Shown: positions 44,657 to 55,039 of the stretch, piece by piece | How positions within the stretch are numbered: the first letter of the stretch is position 1 | How the letters are laid out: every line of letters begins with the position of its first letter | Origin: Acidimicrobiia bacterium | GTDB lineage: Bacteria > Actinomycetota > Acidimicrobiia > Spongiisociales > ZC4RG35 | Direction: 5' to 3' | Assembly: GCA_041744375.1 (NCBI GenBank) | Contig: JBGTLA010000095.1 | Coordinates: forward strand, 131,018 to 195,017 | DNA: 64,000 nucleotides | Notes under the pieces: model-generated | Seen by the model: the letters and a program-made list of their open reading frames with translations, nothing else | Database searches by the model: none | What the model was told of the DNA's origin: nothing | Made by a program: the position numbers and the translations under genes

Positions 44657-45664
44657 ATGAATGTGATCGTCACCGGAGGGGCCGGCTTTGTGGGCAGCCA
44701 TGTCTGTGTTGCCCTCGCAGAGGCCGGCCACGTACCAGTCATCATCGACAACTTCTGCAACGCAAAAGAAGACGTGCCGGAGCGGATCGGCAAGATCGTG
44801 GGGCAGGTGCCCGACGTATACCACGCCGATGTGCGTGATGAAGGCGCCCTCGGGTCCATCCTCGGCGATCTCCCGGTCGAGGCCGTCATCCACTGCGCCG
44901 CCCTCAAGGCAGTGGGTGAGTCGGTGGCAGACCCGCTCGGCTACTACGACAACAACGTGTCGGGAACCGTCAGCCTCCTGAAAGCGATGGATCGGACCGG
45001 TGTCCGCGCCATCGTGTTTTCGTCGTCGGCGACCGTGTACGGGGACCCGGTGGCGGTGCCCGTCACCGAAGAGTCGCCGGTTGGGCTGGCCACGAACCCT
45101 TACGGTTGGACCAAGGTCATGATGGAGCAGGTGATCTCCGATCTTCAGACGGCCGATCCGCGCTGGTCGGTGGCCTTGTTGCGCTATTTCAATCCGGTGG
45201 GTGCGCACCCGAGCGGGCTCATCGGCGAGGACCCCTCCGGTGTCCCCACTAACTTGATGCCCTTCGTGGCCCAGGTGGCAGCCGGGCGTCTCGACCGTCT
45301 CGAGGTTTTTGGCGACGACTACCCGACGCCTGACGGCACCGGCATCCGCGACTACATCCACGTAGTCGACCTGGCCGAAGGCCACGTCTCGGCTCTGGAG
45401 GCGATGGCGGAGCCGGGATCACGGCTCGTGTACAACCTGGGCACCGGGCGCGGAACCTCGGTTCTGGAGCTGGTGGCAGCTTTCGAGACCGCCACCGGGG
45501 CCGAGGTCGCCTACGAGGTGGTGGAAAGACGGCCGGGCGACGTGGCCGAGACCTGGGCCGATGTCACCAAGATCGAGAGAGACCTGGGGTGGGCGGCGGA
45601 GAGGTCGGTCGAAGACATCTGCGCCGACATGTGGCGCTGGCAGCGCTCCGAATACGCCAACTGA
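44657..45664 (+). CDS. galE: UDP-glucose 4-epimerase
   Basis: VIVTGGAGFVGSH Rossmann motif; catalytic YxxxK region; SDR family. Confidence 0.85.
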   Translation: MNVIVTGGAGFVGSHVCVALAEAGHVPVIIDNFCNAKEDVPERIGKIVGQVPDVYHADVRDEGALGSILGDLPVEAVIHCAALKAVGESVADPLGYYDNNVSGTVSLLKAMDRTGVRAIVFSSSATVYGDPVAVPVTEESPVGLATNPYGWTKVMMEQVISDLQTADPRWSVALLRYFNPVGAHPSGLIGEDPSGVPTNLMPFVAQVAAGRLDRLEVFGDDYPTPDGTGIRDYIHVVDLAEGHVSALEAMAEPGSRLVYNLGTGRGTSVLELVAAFETATGAEVAYEVVERRPGDVAETWADVTKIERDLGWAAERSVEDICADMWRWQRSEYAN

Positions 45665-45735
45665 CGAGCGGAGACCGGCCCTCTCACAACCTCGCATCCA
45701 GCCCGTGACGTCAGGGTGCGATAGCGTAGGGCGCC

Positions 45736-47442
45736 ATGAGCGGCCCCAACGACCTCGCTGCCCGCACCCGTGCGTGGATCGAGGGAGACCCCGATCACCG
45801 AACCCGCCGCCAGCTGGAGGCCCTGCTCGAGGCGGGGGATTGGGAGCAGTTGGCTGAGAGGATGGACGGTGAGCTCGAGTTCGGGACGGCCGGGCTGCGA
45901 GGGGCCGTCGAGGCGGGTTCCAACCGGATGAACCGGGCCACGGTCATCCGCACCACCGCGGGACTGGCCGAGTACTTGAAGGGGAGGAACGGGGTGGTGG
46001 TTGTCGGGTACGACGGCCGAACCTCCTCCCGGGGCTTCGCCGAGGACACGGTGGGTGTGTTGGCGGCAGCCGGCCTCGATGTCCGCTACTTTGCCGAACC
46101 CGTCCCAACTCCGATCGTCGCTTTCGCCGCCAAACAGCTCCAGGCCGCGGGAGCTGTGGTCATCACCGCCAGCCACAACCCTCCGGCCGACAATGGATAC
46201 AAGGTCTACGATTCCAATGCCGCCCAGATAGTCCCGCCGGCCGACGCGTTGATCTCAGAGGCCATCGCTCGAGTCGGCCCAGCCCGGGAGGTCCCCGGAG
46301 TCGACACCTCGTTGGAAGACGCCGAGGGAACGTCGGTGCTCGACATCGACGAGGTGTACGAGCAATACCGGTCCCAGGTCGATCTGATGAGGCCAAGGGT
46401 CCGGAGCCGCCAGACATTGATCATTGCCTACACGCCGATCCATGGGGTCGGCTGGCGGTTCCTGGAACGATTGATGCGAGACGGGGGTCATGACCGGGTG
46501 TCGGTCGTTCCGTCCCAGCGGGATCCCGATGGGCAGTTTCCGACGGTTCCGTTCCCCAATCCGGAGGAGCCAGGGGCGATGGATCGGGTGATGGAGCTGG
46601 GAAGCCGCATCGAGGCCGCCCTGGTCGTGGCGAACGACCCCGACGGAGACCGATTGGCTGTGGCCATCCCCCAAGGCCCTTCTCGATGGAGAAGCCTCAC
46701 GGGCAACCAGGTGGGAGTCCTCTTGGCCGATTGGCTCCTCGAGACATGGGCAGGCCCGTCGCGTGCCATCGTGGTCAACTCGATCGTTTCCTCGCCGATG
46801 CTCGCCGAGGTGGCTGCCGCCCACGACGCTCACTTCGAGCAGACCTTGACCGGGTTCAAATGGATCGCCAACGCCGCCATCGATCTCGAGGAACAGGGTC
46901 AGGGCCGATTCTTGTTCGGGTACGAGGAGGCACTCGGCTATTCGGTGGGTCCGGTGGTTCGGGACAAAGACGGCCTGTCGGCGGCGCTGATGTTCGCCGA
47001 CATGGCTTCCTCTCTGGCCGAGGCGGGCTCTTCGGTGGAGCAGAGTTTGGAGGACCTCTACCGGCGTGTCGGCCTCTGGGTGAGCACCCAGCTGAGCATC
47101 ACTCGCCCCGGGTCGAGCGGTTTGTCGGATATCGAAGCGGCCATGAACAGGCTCGGCACGAACGTCCCCGACTCGGTCGCCTCCCATACCGTGCGCCAAG
47201 CAGTCGACTACCGGCATGGTGCCGATCATCGTCCCCGCTGGCTGGCTGCCACCCCCTTGGTTGTGCTCTCCCTGGAGGAAGGGGGTCGCGTCCTCGTCCG
47301 GCCCTCCGGCACCGAACCCAAGCTCAAGATCTATGTTGATCTTCGGGGAGCGATAGGGGATGACCTGGCGGCCTCAGAGGGGGCGTTGATCGCCCGAGCA
47401 GACGAGATCGCCCGAGACATGGCGCGGTTCATCGGGCTGTGA
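45736..47442 (+). CDS. phospho-sugar mutase (phosphomannomutase/phosphoglucomutase family)
   Basis: Active-site loop ITASHNPPADNGYKVY; Mg loop DPDGDR. Confidence 0.85.
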   Translation: MSGPNDLAARTRAWIEGDPDHRTRRQLEALLEAGDWEQLAERMDGELEFGTAGLRGAVEAGSNRMNRATVIRTTAGLAEYLKGRNGVVVVGYDGRTSSRGFAEDTVGVLAAAGLDVRYFAEPVPTPIVAFAAKQLQAAGAVVITASHNPPADNGYKVYDSNAAQIVPPADALISEAIARVGPAREVPGVDTSLEDAEGTSVLDIDEVYEQYRSQVDLMRPRVRSRQTLIIAYTPIHGVGWRFLERLMRDGGHDRVSVVPSQRDPDGQFPTVPFPNPEEPGAMDRVMELGSRIEAALVVANDPDGDRLAVAIPQGPSRWRSLTGNQVGVLLADWLLETWAGPSRAIVVNSIVSSPMLAEVAAAHDAHFEQTLTGFKWIANAAIDLEEQGQGRFLFGYEEALGYSVGPVVRDKDGLSAALMFADMASSLAEAGSSVEQSLEDLYRRVGLWVSTQLSITRPGSSGLSDIEAAMNRLGTNVPDSVASHTVRQAVDYRHGADHRPRWLAATPLVVLSLEEGGRVLVRPSGTEPKLKIYVDLRGAIGDDLAASEGALIARADEIARDMARFIGL

Positions 47443-47457
47443 AAGGGCCAGGCGGCA

Positions 47458-47634
47458 GTCAGGGCCGTGTCGGCCGGTGCTGGTTGTAGAGGTACCACCA
47501 ACCCAGCCCGTGGATGGCGACTCCCAGGCCCAGAACCCAGGTGACAATCCACTGGCCGAATGCCGCCGCGACGAGAGCGGCGAGAACGGCGACGGCGACC
47601 AGAGCGGCGCGTGCTCCGTTCAGTGGCCCGAACA
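47458..47634 (-). CDS. possible small hydrophobic protein (58 aa)
   Basis: Translated by hand: MFGPLNGARAALVAVAVLAALVAAAFGQWIVTWVLGLGVAIHGLGWWYLYNQHRPTRP. Below the ORF-track size cutoff. Confidence 0.25.
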
Positions 47635-47656
47635 TGGTCTCAGAGGGCGCACCCTC

Positions 47657-48160
47657 TCAGCCTACCGCTGTCTGGCGCTGACCCAACTCCCGGTCAAGGA
47701 TCAACAGGGCGGAGCCGTCCTCACCGAGTCGCCTGATCTGAGCAATGATCTCATTGACCGATGCTTCCTCTTCGATCTGTTCCGCCACGAACCATTGCAG
47801 GAGAGGCAGGGCGTCGATGTCGCCGGCTTCGTTGGCGAGGCGGTACAGATCCCGGATGGCCTCGCTGACGTTTCTCTCCTGTTCCAATGCCTCCTGAAAG
47901 GCGCTCAGTGGCGAGGCGATGCCGTGCTCGGGGGCAGGTATGGCCCCGATCCGCACCTCTGTTCCCCGGTCGATGAGATGTCGCATGAATCGGTCGGCAT
48001 GTTGGCGTTCCTCGCCGGCCTGGGCGCGCATCCACGACGCCATCCCGGGTAGGTCGACCGATTCGAAATAGGCCGACAGCTGCACGTAGGCGATGGAACT
48101 GGCCAACTCCAGCGTGACCTGCCGGTTGAATGCTTGGGCGAGTGGTTCGGGCATTTTCAT
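47657..48160 (-). CDS. ferritin (non-heme, Ftn-like)
   Basis: Ferritin di-iron ligands in ...LELASSIAYVQLSAYFE...EERQHADRFM...; start at MKMPEPL. Confidence 0.8.
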   Translation of the reverse strand: MKMPEPLAQAFNRQVTLELASSIAYVQLSAYFESVDLPGMASWMRAQAGEERQHADRFMRHLIDRGTEVRIGAIPAPEHGIASPLSAFQEALEQERNVSEAIRDLYRLANEAGDIDALPLLQWFVAEQIEEEASVNEIIAQIRRLGEDGSALLILDRELGQRQTAVG

Positions 48161-48255
48161 CTGCCCGAGACTATCGGATCCCTGCCGACGAGGATGCACG
48201 GTGCCTCCACCTGGAAAAGTGCTTTCCACGCCTGGCGTAAGATCCCCTCCCAGTC

Positions 48256-49050
48256 ATGTTCGATGCTCTCTTCGAAGTACTCCCCGATTCCTCTCTTCAG
48301 CCCACCGGGCTGACCAGGGGTGGTTGGTCAGACGACGCCCAGCACGGGAGCCCTCCTTCGGGTTTGATGGCTCGAGCCATCGAAGCCGTGCCGACGGCCG
48401 TACCCATGGAGGTGGCCCGTTTCACCGTCGATCTCTTCCGGGCGGTTCCTCTCACCCCGCTCCGAGTCGAGACGGATATCGTTCGTGACGGCAAGAGGAT
48501 CCAATTGGTCGATGCGTTCCTCTCGTCCGCAGGTCTCCCGGTGGGGCGGGCCAGCGCCTTGCGTGTCCGCCAGGGTGCGATTGGACTGAGACGCACACCC
48601 ACGGACCGGTTGGACCCGGGCCCCGAGCATCTCGACGTTTTGGATTGGCGTGATGCGTTCGGGGATTCAGATGGGATCGAACGTTTCCACACAGACGGAG
48701 TGGAGATCCGCACGATCGACGACTCGTTCATCCGTCCCGTACCCGGCCGCTCATGGTTCCGTCTCTTGGCGCCGGTGGTGCCGCACGAAGAGGTGTCACC
48801 CTTTGTACGTGCCGCCACACTCGCCGATCTGTCCAACGGAAACTCTCAGGTTCTCGATCCCCGTCAGTATGTGTACGTGAACCCCGACATCACCCTCTAC
48901 CTTCACCGTCAACCTGAGGGTGAGTGGTTGGGGATGCACTCGGCGGTCTATCAGGGACCCGAAGGGGTGGGGATGGCCGATACCGCGCTCTACGACCGCA
49001 CTGGCCGGGTAGGTCGGGTGGTGCAGGCTCAACTACTCGAAGAACGTTGA
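48256..49050 (+). CDS. acyl-CoA thioesterase (TesB-like / 4HBT_3 family)
   Basis: Double hot-dog organisation; 264 aa. Confidence 0.6.
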   Translation: MFDALFEVLPDSSLQPTGLTRGGWSDDAQHGSPPSGLMARAIEAVPTAVPMEVARFTVDLFRAVPLTPLRVETDIVRDGKRIQLVDAFLSSAGLPVGRASALRVRQGAIGLRRTPTDRLDPGPEHLDVLDWRDAFGDSDGIERFHTDGVEIRTIDDSFIRPVPGRSWFRLLAPVVPHEEVSPFVRAATLADLSNGNSQVLDPRQYVYVNPDITLYLHRQPEGEWLGMHSAVYQGPEGVGMADTALYDRTGRVGRVVQAQLLEER

Positions 49051-50111
49051 TCTTCTAGGCGTCGGAACGAGTCGCAGATGGCATCGACGAGGGCACTTCG
49101 GTGCTTCCTCCACAGTGTGGCGTGGCCCCCGGGTAGCCAGCGGATCTCGGATCCGTCCCAGTGTTCGGCGAGAGCGGCGCAAGCGGCCGCGGGGACGAAC
49201 CCGTCGCTGCGCGCGGCAACCATCACCACCGACCGATGATGGGAACCCGGAGGGGTAGACAAGGCGCTGACCGAGCCGAGAAGCTCTGCGAGTTCACGGC
49301 GGGTGTCACGTCCACCTAGCGCCCTCCAGTCGATGGCGTGTCGAAGGGTCCCCTCCAGGTAGACAGGAGCGGGAGAGTGCGATGCGGCCATCAATCCGGT
49401 GGCCAGATGGAGCCTGGTGCGGGCCGTCACGAGAGCGGCGAGGTTGCCGCCCATGGAGAAACCACCCACCCCGAGCAGGCTGTATTCGCCGGCCAAGCTG
49501 GTCAGGAGCGACTCGCATTCCGCCACTGCTCCTCCACCCATCAGAGCGAAGTCGGCGACCGTACGTATGGGCATGCCGGTCGACCCGTGACGCCGCCGCA
49601 GCCCATAGAGGGGAATCTCTGCCATGAGGGTCGACACGTGCCGCTGCGCCAGCGGCTCGGCGAAGAGCCGGCGCCTTTCGAACCCCTCGTCGTTCCACGA
49701 AGGCAGAAGCACTACGAGACGGTCGGAGCCCCCGGCCGGTTCGATCAATTCAACCGGCACCACCCGGGCGGCGTCGGGAAGGAGTTCGCCCAGGGGGCTG
49801 GAAAAGGTGCCACGGCGACGCCGGTATCCCCGGTGTTCGGTCTTCGGCTGCCACACGAGCTCCGGGGGCGTCGCCGGGGCGGGTTCGCCGAGGCGGGTGA
49901 GAAGCTCCGCCGTGAGCCGGTCGCCCCAACCGTCGGGGAAGATCGTGGTGCCCGGGTTGGGCATGGCCAACGCCACCCCTGCCAGCCGGTCGATGAGATG
50001 GGACACATCTGAGATGCTGGCATGCTCACCACGGGGGGGCGAGCCGGAACTCACGCTCATGCCCGAGGTCGATCTGGTGGCGGCGATTGGGGGCCTGTTC
50101 GTCGCCAGCAT
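49029..50111 (-). CDS. alpha/beta hydrolase family protein
   Basis: 360 aa with a GGFSMGG nucleophile elbow. Confidence 0.6.
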   Translation of the reverse strand: MLATNRPPIAATRSTSGMSVSSGSPPRGEHASISDVSHLIDRLAGVALAMPNPGTTIFPDGWGDRLTAELLTRLGEPAPATPPELVWQPKTEHRGYRRRRGTFSSPLGELLPDAARVVPVELIEPAGGSDRLVVLLPSWNDEGFERRRLFAEPLAQRHVSTLMAEIPLYGLRRRHGSTGMPIRTVADFALMGGGAVAECESLLTSLAGEYSLLGVGGFSMGGNLAALVTARTRLHLATGLMAASHSPAPVYLEGTLRHAIDWRALGGRDTRRELAELLGSVSALSTPPGSHHRSVVMVAARSDGFVPAAACAALAEHWDGSEIRWLPGGHATLWRKHRSALVDAICDSFRRLEDQRSSSS

Positions 50112-50124
50112 CTATGCTTGACGG

Positions 50125-51126
50125 ATGAGCGCGCGTCCGCCCTTCGGCACGGTGTTTGGACCCGTCATGGCCACCGCCAGGTGGTCGGATGGCTCGTGGT
50201 CGGAGTCGTCGCTGGAAACGGTAGCCCCCATCCCCATGCACCCAGCTGCACACGTGCTCCACTACGGAAGCGCCTGCTTCGAGGGGCTGAAGGCTCATCG
50301 CGGCAACGATGGGATCGTGCGGATCTTTCGCGTGGATCGGCATGTTGGGCGGATGCGGGCGAGTGCGGCTCGCCTGTGGCTGCCGGTACCGGAGGCGACG
50401 GAGCTCACCTCGATGGTGGTCGACACGGTTGCCGCCAATCTGGGAGTGATCCCGCAAGTGCCCGGCTCTCTCTACCTACGCCCCACCCTGGTCGGCACAG
50501 CCGCCAACATCGGAGCGGCCGGATCCCCCGCATCCGAAGCCCTTCTCTTCGTGCTCACCAGCCCGGTCGGCGACTACTTCGCCGGGGGTATCCGACCCCT
50601 GAGGATCTCCGTCGAAAGCCGGCGTCCGCGTACCACGCCGCAGTTCGGGTCGGTGAAGACGGGGGCCAACTATGCCATGGCCCTGGGCGTGACGATGGAG
50701 GCGCGGGCGGCCCACGATGTGGCCCAGGTCTTGTTCGCCCCCGACGGCGTCGTGCAAGAGACCGGAGCATCGAATGTGCTGCTGCTCGAGGGCGACACGG
50801 TCGTGACCCCTGCCGTCGATGGTTCGTTCCTGGAGGGAGTCACCCGGGCTTCGATCTTGCAGCTCGCCGCCGACGCGGGGATGTCGGTGGAAGAACGCGA
50901 GCTGAAACTCGACGAAGTGCTCACCTGGGCCGACCACGGCGAGATTGCGCTGGCCGGCACAGCCGCGGTGTTGACTCCTGTGGGAACTCTGGTGGTGGAC
51001 GGCGTCGAGAAGATGGTGCGAGACGGCGGCGTCGGGCCTGCTACCACCCGCCTGAGACAGCTCCTGATGGACGTTCAGGCCGGACGGGCCCCGGACCGCC
51101 ACGGGTGGACGCTGCCGGTCGGGTGA
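50125..51126 (+). CDS. ilvE: branched-chain amino acid aminotransferase
   Basis: Class IV aminotransferase motifs (YGSACFEGLKA; ETGASNVLL). Confidence 0.85.
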   Translation: MSARPPFGTVFGPVMATARWSDGSWSESSLETVAPIPMHPAAHVLHYGSACFEGLKAHRGNDGIVRIFRVDRHVGRMRASAARLWLPVPEATELTSMVVDTVAANLGVIPQVPGSLYLRPTLVGTAANIGAAGSPASEALLFVLTSPVGDYFAGGIRPLRISVESRRPRTTPQFGSVKTGANYAMALGVTMEARAAHDVAQVLFAPDGVVQETGASNVLLLEGDTVVTPAVDGSFLEGVTRASILQLAADAGMSVEERELKLDEVLTWADHGEIALAGTAAVLTPVGTLVVDGVEKMVRDGGVGPATTRLRQLLMDVQAGRAPDRHGWTLPVG

Positions 51127-51228
51127 ATCGGTGAGGCTGCGGCCCGATGTGCCCGGATCCCTGCCACCGGAGACGCGGTGGGGGAGTGGTTGCCCCCGGT
51201 TTGAGCTCCTCGACTAACATGCGAACGC

Positions 51229-51864
51229 ATGTTCGCTGTTCAACACTCCTTGTTCGGAATCGGTGAGCCGACCATCGACCCTGACTTCGCCACGTGGCAC
51301 CGCACAGAACTCGAAGCGGGGGCGTGGCTCGATGTCGTACCCCACTGGCTCCAGGGGGACGGAACATTGTATGACATCCTGGCTGAGAGCCAACCATGGC
51401 AACAACCCGACGTGGTCATGTACGAGAGGTTGGTGTCTACTCCTCGGCTGGTCGCCAACGCAGCGGGGGATAGCCACCCGGTGCTGAGGGAGATGGTGGC
51501 GGCGCTGACAGGGCGCTACGGAGTGCACCTCCATCGCCTCACCACCAACTGGTACCGCGATGGGTCCGATAGCGTGGCGTGTCATGGGGACAGGGTGGCG
51601 CGTGACCTGGAGCGCTCCGTGGTGGCCGTCCTGTCGCTTCGGGGTCCGCGTGAGTTTCGTTTCAAGCCCGCCGCCGGGGGGCCGTCGCGGTCGATCTCGG
51701 CGGGCTTGGGGACGTTGGTCGTCATGGGGGGCACCTTCCAGCGAACCTGGCGCCACGCCATCCCCAAGTGCGCCTCAGCTCCTCCCAGAATGGCCGTGAT
51801 GTTTCGCCACGACTACCACTCCGACTACGACTCCGGGTCGGCCGGTCGCCTGCGGGATCCCTGA
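51229..51864 (+). CDS. alkB: alpha-ketoglutarate-dependent dioxygenase AlkB
   Basis: HxD...H iron ligands (CHGDRVARDLE; RHAIP) and the AlkB N-terminal pattern. Confidence 0.8.
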   Translation: MFAVQHSLFGIGEPTIDPDFATWHRTELEAGAWLDVVPHWLQGDGTLYDILAESQPWQQPDVVMYERLVSTPRLVANAAGDSHPVLREMVAALTGRYGVHLHRLTTNWYRDGSDSVACHGDRVARDLERSVVAVLSLRGPREFRFKPAAGGPSRSISAGLGTLVVMGGTFQRTWRHAIPKCASAPPRMAVMFRHDYHSDYDSGSAGRLRDP

Positions 51865-51875
51865 TCCGCCAAGGC

Positions 51876-53525
51876 TCATTCGAGGGGGTCGAGGGCGGCG
51901 CGTGTGTAGGTGGTGGCCGCATCCCACAACAGGATGTTGGGCACCCCGGCGTCGCGAGACGCCTCGATCTGTGCCCTCACCTCGGCCGGACCGTAGGCGA
52001 TCCCGAGCGAGAAGTCCTGGAGCCATGACACGACATGGGCGCCGGTGCCTTCGGTCAGCTCGACGAAGTCCACCAACGACCGGAAGGTGATGTCGTATGG
52101 TTGGGCGTTGGGGTTGTCGACCCCGTACTCTCCCGGTCCCCAATGCGAGGGGTACACCATCGGCGCCACGTAGTCGACGTGTTCGGCCATTCGGGGGATG
52201 TCTTGGGCCACCTCCGTGGGGCGCGTTGCGGCGATACCGAACACGGCCGCGCCCAGGCGGGCGCCGGACTCGATGACCCGGGGGCGGCTCTCTTCCAAGA
52301 AGCTGACGATGGCGTCTTCGGGGGTGCCGTCACCGCCGGGGTACACCAACTCGGAGAGGGTGTCGGGGCGGCGCACGTAGTCGAACATGACGTCGTCGAC
52401 CCCGAGTCGGGCTGCCTCTTCCGCCAGGGCGATGTTGTATTCGCGCACGTCGGGGTCGAAGGGATTCGTGAATCCTCCATACTGGCCGTAGGCGCTGCCG
52501 TCCGGGTTCTGAACCACCCAGTTCATGTTGCCGGTGGCGATGGCGTAGTTGGCCAAAATCGGGTCGCGGAAATTGACGATACGCGCCACGACCCTCACTC
52601 CTTTTTGGTGCAGTTCCTCGACGACGGTCGGGAGATCGAAGAGGACGGTGACCGCCCCGATCTCATGGGCGAGCTCGACTTCGGTGTCGTACCAGATTTC
52701 ACCCGCCTCGTCCTTGAGGTCCAATTGCACCGTGTTGATGAGGCCGGCGTCGATCATGTCCATGATCGGATCCTTGAGGATCGGGGTAGCCCACGTCCAA
52801 CCGGTGGCGTGCACCCCGAAAATGGGAGGTGCCCCCGGGGCTCCCGGAAGCGCCAATTCGACGGAGACGACCTCAGAGGCAGTGTTGCCGAGGTGGTCGG
52901 TGGCAGTAATGATCACGGCAGAGTTGGGTGGCTCCGCAAATAACCTCTCGAACGACCCGTCGGTAGCCACCGCCACCTCACGGCCGTCTACCAGCACCGC
53001 CGCTTCGAGGTCGTCGACGGTGCCACCGACCAGCACCTCCGAGCCGACCGGGACCGGGCCGTCGGGGCTGAGGATGCGCACGGTAGGTGGCGTGGTGTTG
53101 AGAGTGAAGGTGCGAGACTCCGACAGCGCCCCGAATGGGAACGAGCGAGGCAGAACTGCTTCCAGGGTGTGCTCGCCGTCGGGAAGGTCCGTCAACGTCG
53201 TTGTGAGCGAACCGTTGGGGCCCCTCGTCAGCGTGATGGGCTCATCGTTGAGTGTCACCGCTAGTTCGTCGGTCGATAGCTCGGTGGCGACGGTGATCGT
53301 CACCTCGGAGGAGTCTCCACCCAAGACGGCGCCATCCTCGACCCCGGAGAGAGTCATCTCGCCGCCGCCCGATCCGATCAGCCACGGGACCACCAGGATT
53401 ATCACCGGCAGGGCGACGAAGACGACCTTGCCCCGTCTCGTCAGCCGGTAACGAGGCTTGGGCGCAGAAGGCTTGGCCCGAACACTGTCGGCTCTCGTGG
53501 TGGGCGGCGGGGAGACATGAGACAT
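51876..53525 (-). CDS. membrane-anchored putative glycoside hydrolase (DUF4015/GHL-like)
   Basis: N-terminal TM anchor, Ig-like middle region, C-terminal TIM-barrel-like domain (...FGVHATGWTW...DYVRRP...). Confidence 0.55.
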   Translation of the reverse strand: MSHVSPPPTTRADSVRAKPSAPKPRYRLTRRGKVVFVALPVIILVVPWLIGSGGGEMTLSGVEDGAVLGGDSSEVTITVATELSTDELAVTLNDEPITLTRGPNGSLTTTLTDLPDGEHTLEAVLPRSFPFGALSESRTFTLNTTPPTVRILSPDGPVPVGSEVLVGGTVDDLEAAVLVDGREVAVATDGSFERLFAEPPNSAVIITATDHLGNTASEVVSVELALPGAPGAPPIFGVHATGWTWATPILKDPIMDMIDAGLINTVQLDLKDEAGEIWYDTEVELAHEIGAVTVLFDLPTVVEELHQKGVRVVARIVNFRDPILANYAIATGNMNWVVQNPDGSAYGQYGGFTNPFDPDVREYNIALAEEAARLGVDDVMFDYVRRPDTLSELVYPGGDGTPEDAIVSFLEESRPRVIESGARLGAAVFGIAATRPTEVAQDIPRMAEHVDYVAPMVYPSHWGPGEYGVDNPNAQPYDITFRSLVDFVELTEGTGAHVVSWLQDFSLGIAYGPAEVRAQIEASRDAGVPNILLWDAATTYTRAALDPLE

Positions 53526-53548
53526 GGTGGAAGTGAGCTACCAGCGTA

Positions 53549-55036
53549 GTGAATCGGCCGACATTCCCGACGTTGGGCCCACCCGTCGGTAGCATTCGGC
53601 CTCGTCGTCGATCCAGGTTTCCTGTGCTCTTCCCGACCATCCAGTTCGCCCTGTTCTTCGTGGTGGTGCTGACCGCCAACTGGCTACTGCTTCCCCATCG
53701 ACAGCGGTGGAAAGGGTTCATGCTGGCCGCCAGCTACGTCTTCTATGGGGCGTGGGACTGGCGCTTCATTCTGCTCATCATGACGTCGACTCTCCTCAAC
53801 CAGGCGGCGGCGACGGTCATGAGTCGCACCGAGGATCACGGGCGAAGGAGAGCGGCGGTGATCTCGGCGGTGGCGGCCAACCTCGGGATCCTGGGTTGGT
53901 TCAAGTACTACGGATTCTTCGTGAGTTCGGCGCTCAACCTGTTCAACAGCATCGGCGTGGAGTTGCCTCTGCCCTTGCTGCAGGTCACGCTGCCGGTGGG
54001 TATTTCGTTCTTCACCTTCCAGGCTCTCTCCTATGTCATCGACATCTACCGGGGGGAACAGGACAAGGCCCCCCTCTTGGACTTTGCGGTGTACCTGGCG
54101 TTCTTTCCGCAATTGGTCGCCGGTCCGATCGTCCGCAGCCGAGAGTTCTTGCCTCAACTCCACGGTCCCAAGGACCCGCGTGCCGTCGATGCCACCCGGG
54201 CCTTTGGGTTGATCGCAGGCGGACTGTTCAAGAAGGTCGTCGTGGCCAACACCTTGGCCACGACCATCGTCGACCCTGTCTTTGCCTCGCCAGGTCAGTT
54301 CAGCGCCCTGGAAGTCCTGATGGCGGTCTACGGGTACGCTGTCCAGATCTACGCCGACTTCTCGGGATACACCGACATCGCCATCGGCGTCGCCCTCTTG
54401 ATGGGCTTCAGATTCCCCGACAACTTCAACTCGCCGTACACCGCCGTCTCCATCCAGGACTTCTGGCGCCGGTGGCACATGACCCTCAGCCGATGGCTGC
54501 GCGATTATCTGTACATCCCGTTGGGAGGGAATCGCGACGGGCGAGCGGCCACCTATAGGAACCTGTCTCTCACCATGCTTTTGGGAGGGCTCTGGCACGG
54601 GGCGGCGTGGACATTTGTGCTGTGGGGAGCATTCCACGGGGGCCTGTTGGCCTGGGAGAGGTACCGGGGTGAGATGACGGCCCACCAGCCTGCCGTCGAA
54701 ACCCCGCTGAACCGAGCCGTCAGTCGCCTGGCGACGTTCCATCTCGTGTGTCTCGGGTGGGTCCTCTTCCGAGCCGACTCCCTCGGTCATGTGGGTGAGA
54801 TCCTCTCTCGACTCCTAGACTGGGGAGCGGCCCCGGCCGTGACTCCGGCGGTGTTGTTGCTGGTGGCGGGTGGGATCGGCGTCCAATACGTGCCCACCGA
54901 CTTCCGAGCCAGGCTGCAGGCGGGATTTGCCCGATTGGGGCCGGTAACGATGACGGCGGCGTTGGGAGTGTTCCTCTTGATCCTGGACGGGCTCGGGCCT
55001 GAAGGGGTTGCTCCATTCATCTATTTCCAGTTCTGA
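53549..55036 (+). CDS. MBOAT family membrane-bound O-acyltransferase (AlgI/PatA-like)
   Basis: Multi-TM; MBOAT catalytic His region (...FWRRWHMTLSRWLRDYLYIPLGG...). An alternative GTG start at 53624 is possible. Confidence 0.8.
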   Translation: MNRPTFPTLGPPVGSIRPRRRSRFPVLFPTIQFALFFVVVLTANWLLLPHRQRWKGFMLAASYVFYGAWDWRFILLIMTSTLLNQAAATVMSRTEDHGRRRAAVISAVAANLGILGWFKYYGFFVSSALNLFNSIGVELPLPLLQVTLPVGISFFTFQALSYVIDIYRGEQDKAPLLDFAVYLAFFPQLVAGPIVRSREFLPQLHGPKDPRAVDATRAFGLIAGGLFKKVVVANTLATTIVDPVFASPGQFSALEVLMAVYGYAVQIYADFSGYTDIAIGVALLMGFRFPDNFNSPYTAVSIQDFWRRWHMTLSRWLRDYLYIPLGGNRDGRAATYRNLSLTMLLGGLWHGAAWTFVLWGAFHGGLLAWERYRGEMTAHQPAVETPLNRAVSRLATFHLVCLGWVLFRADSLGHVGEILSRLLDWGAAPAVTPAVLLLVAGGIGVQYVPTDFRARLQAGFARLGPVTMTAALGVFLLILDGLGPEGVAPFIYFQF

Positions 55037-55039
55037 TTC

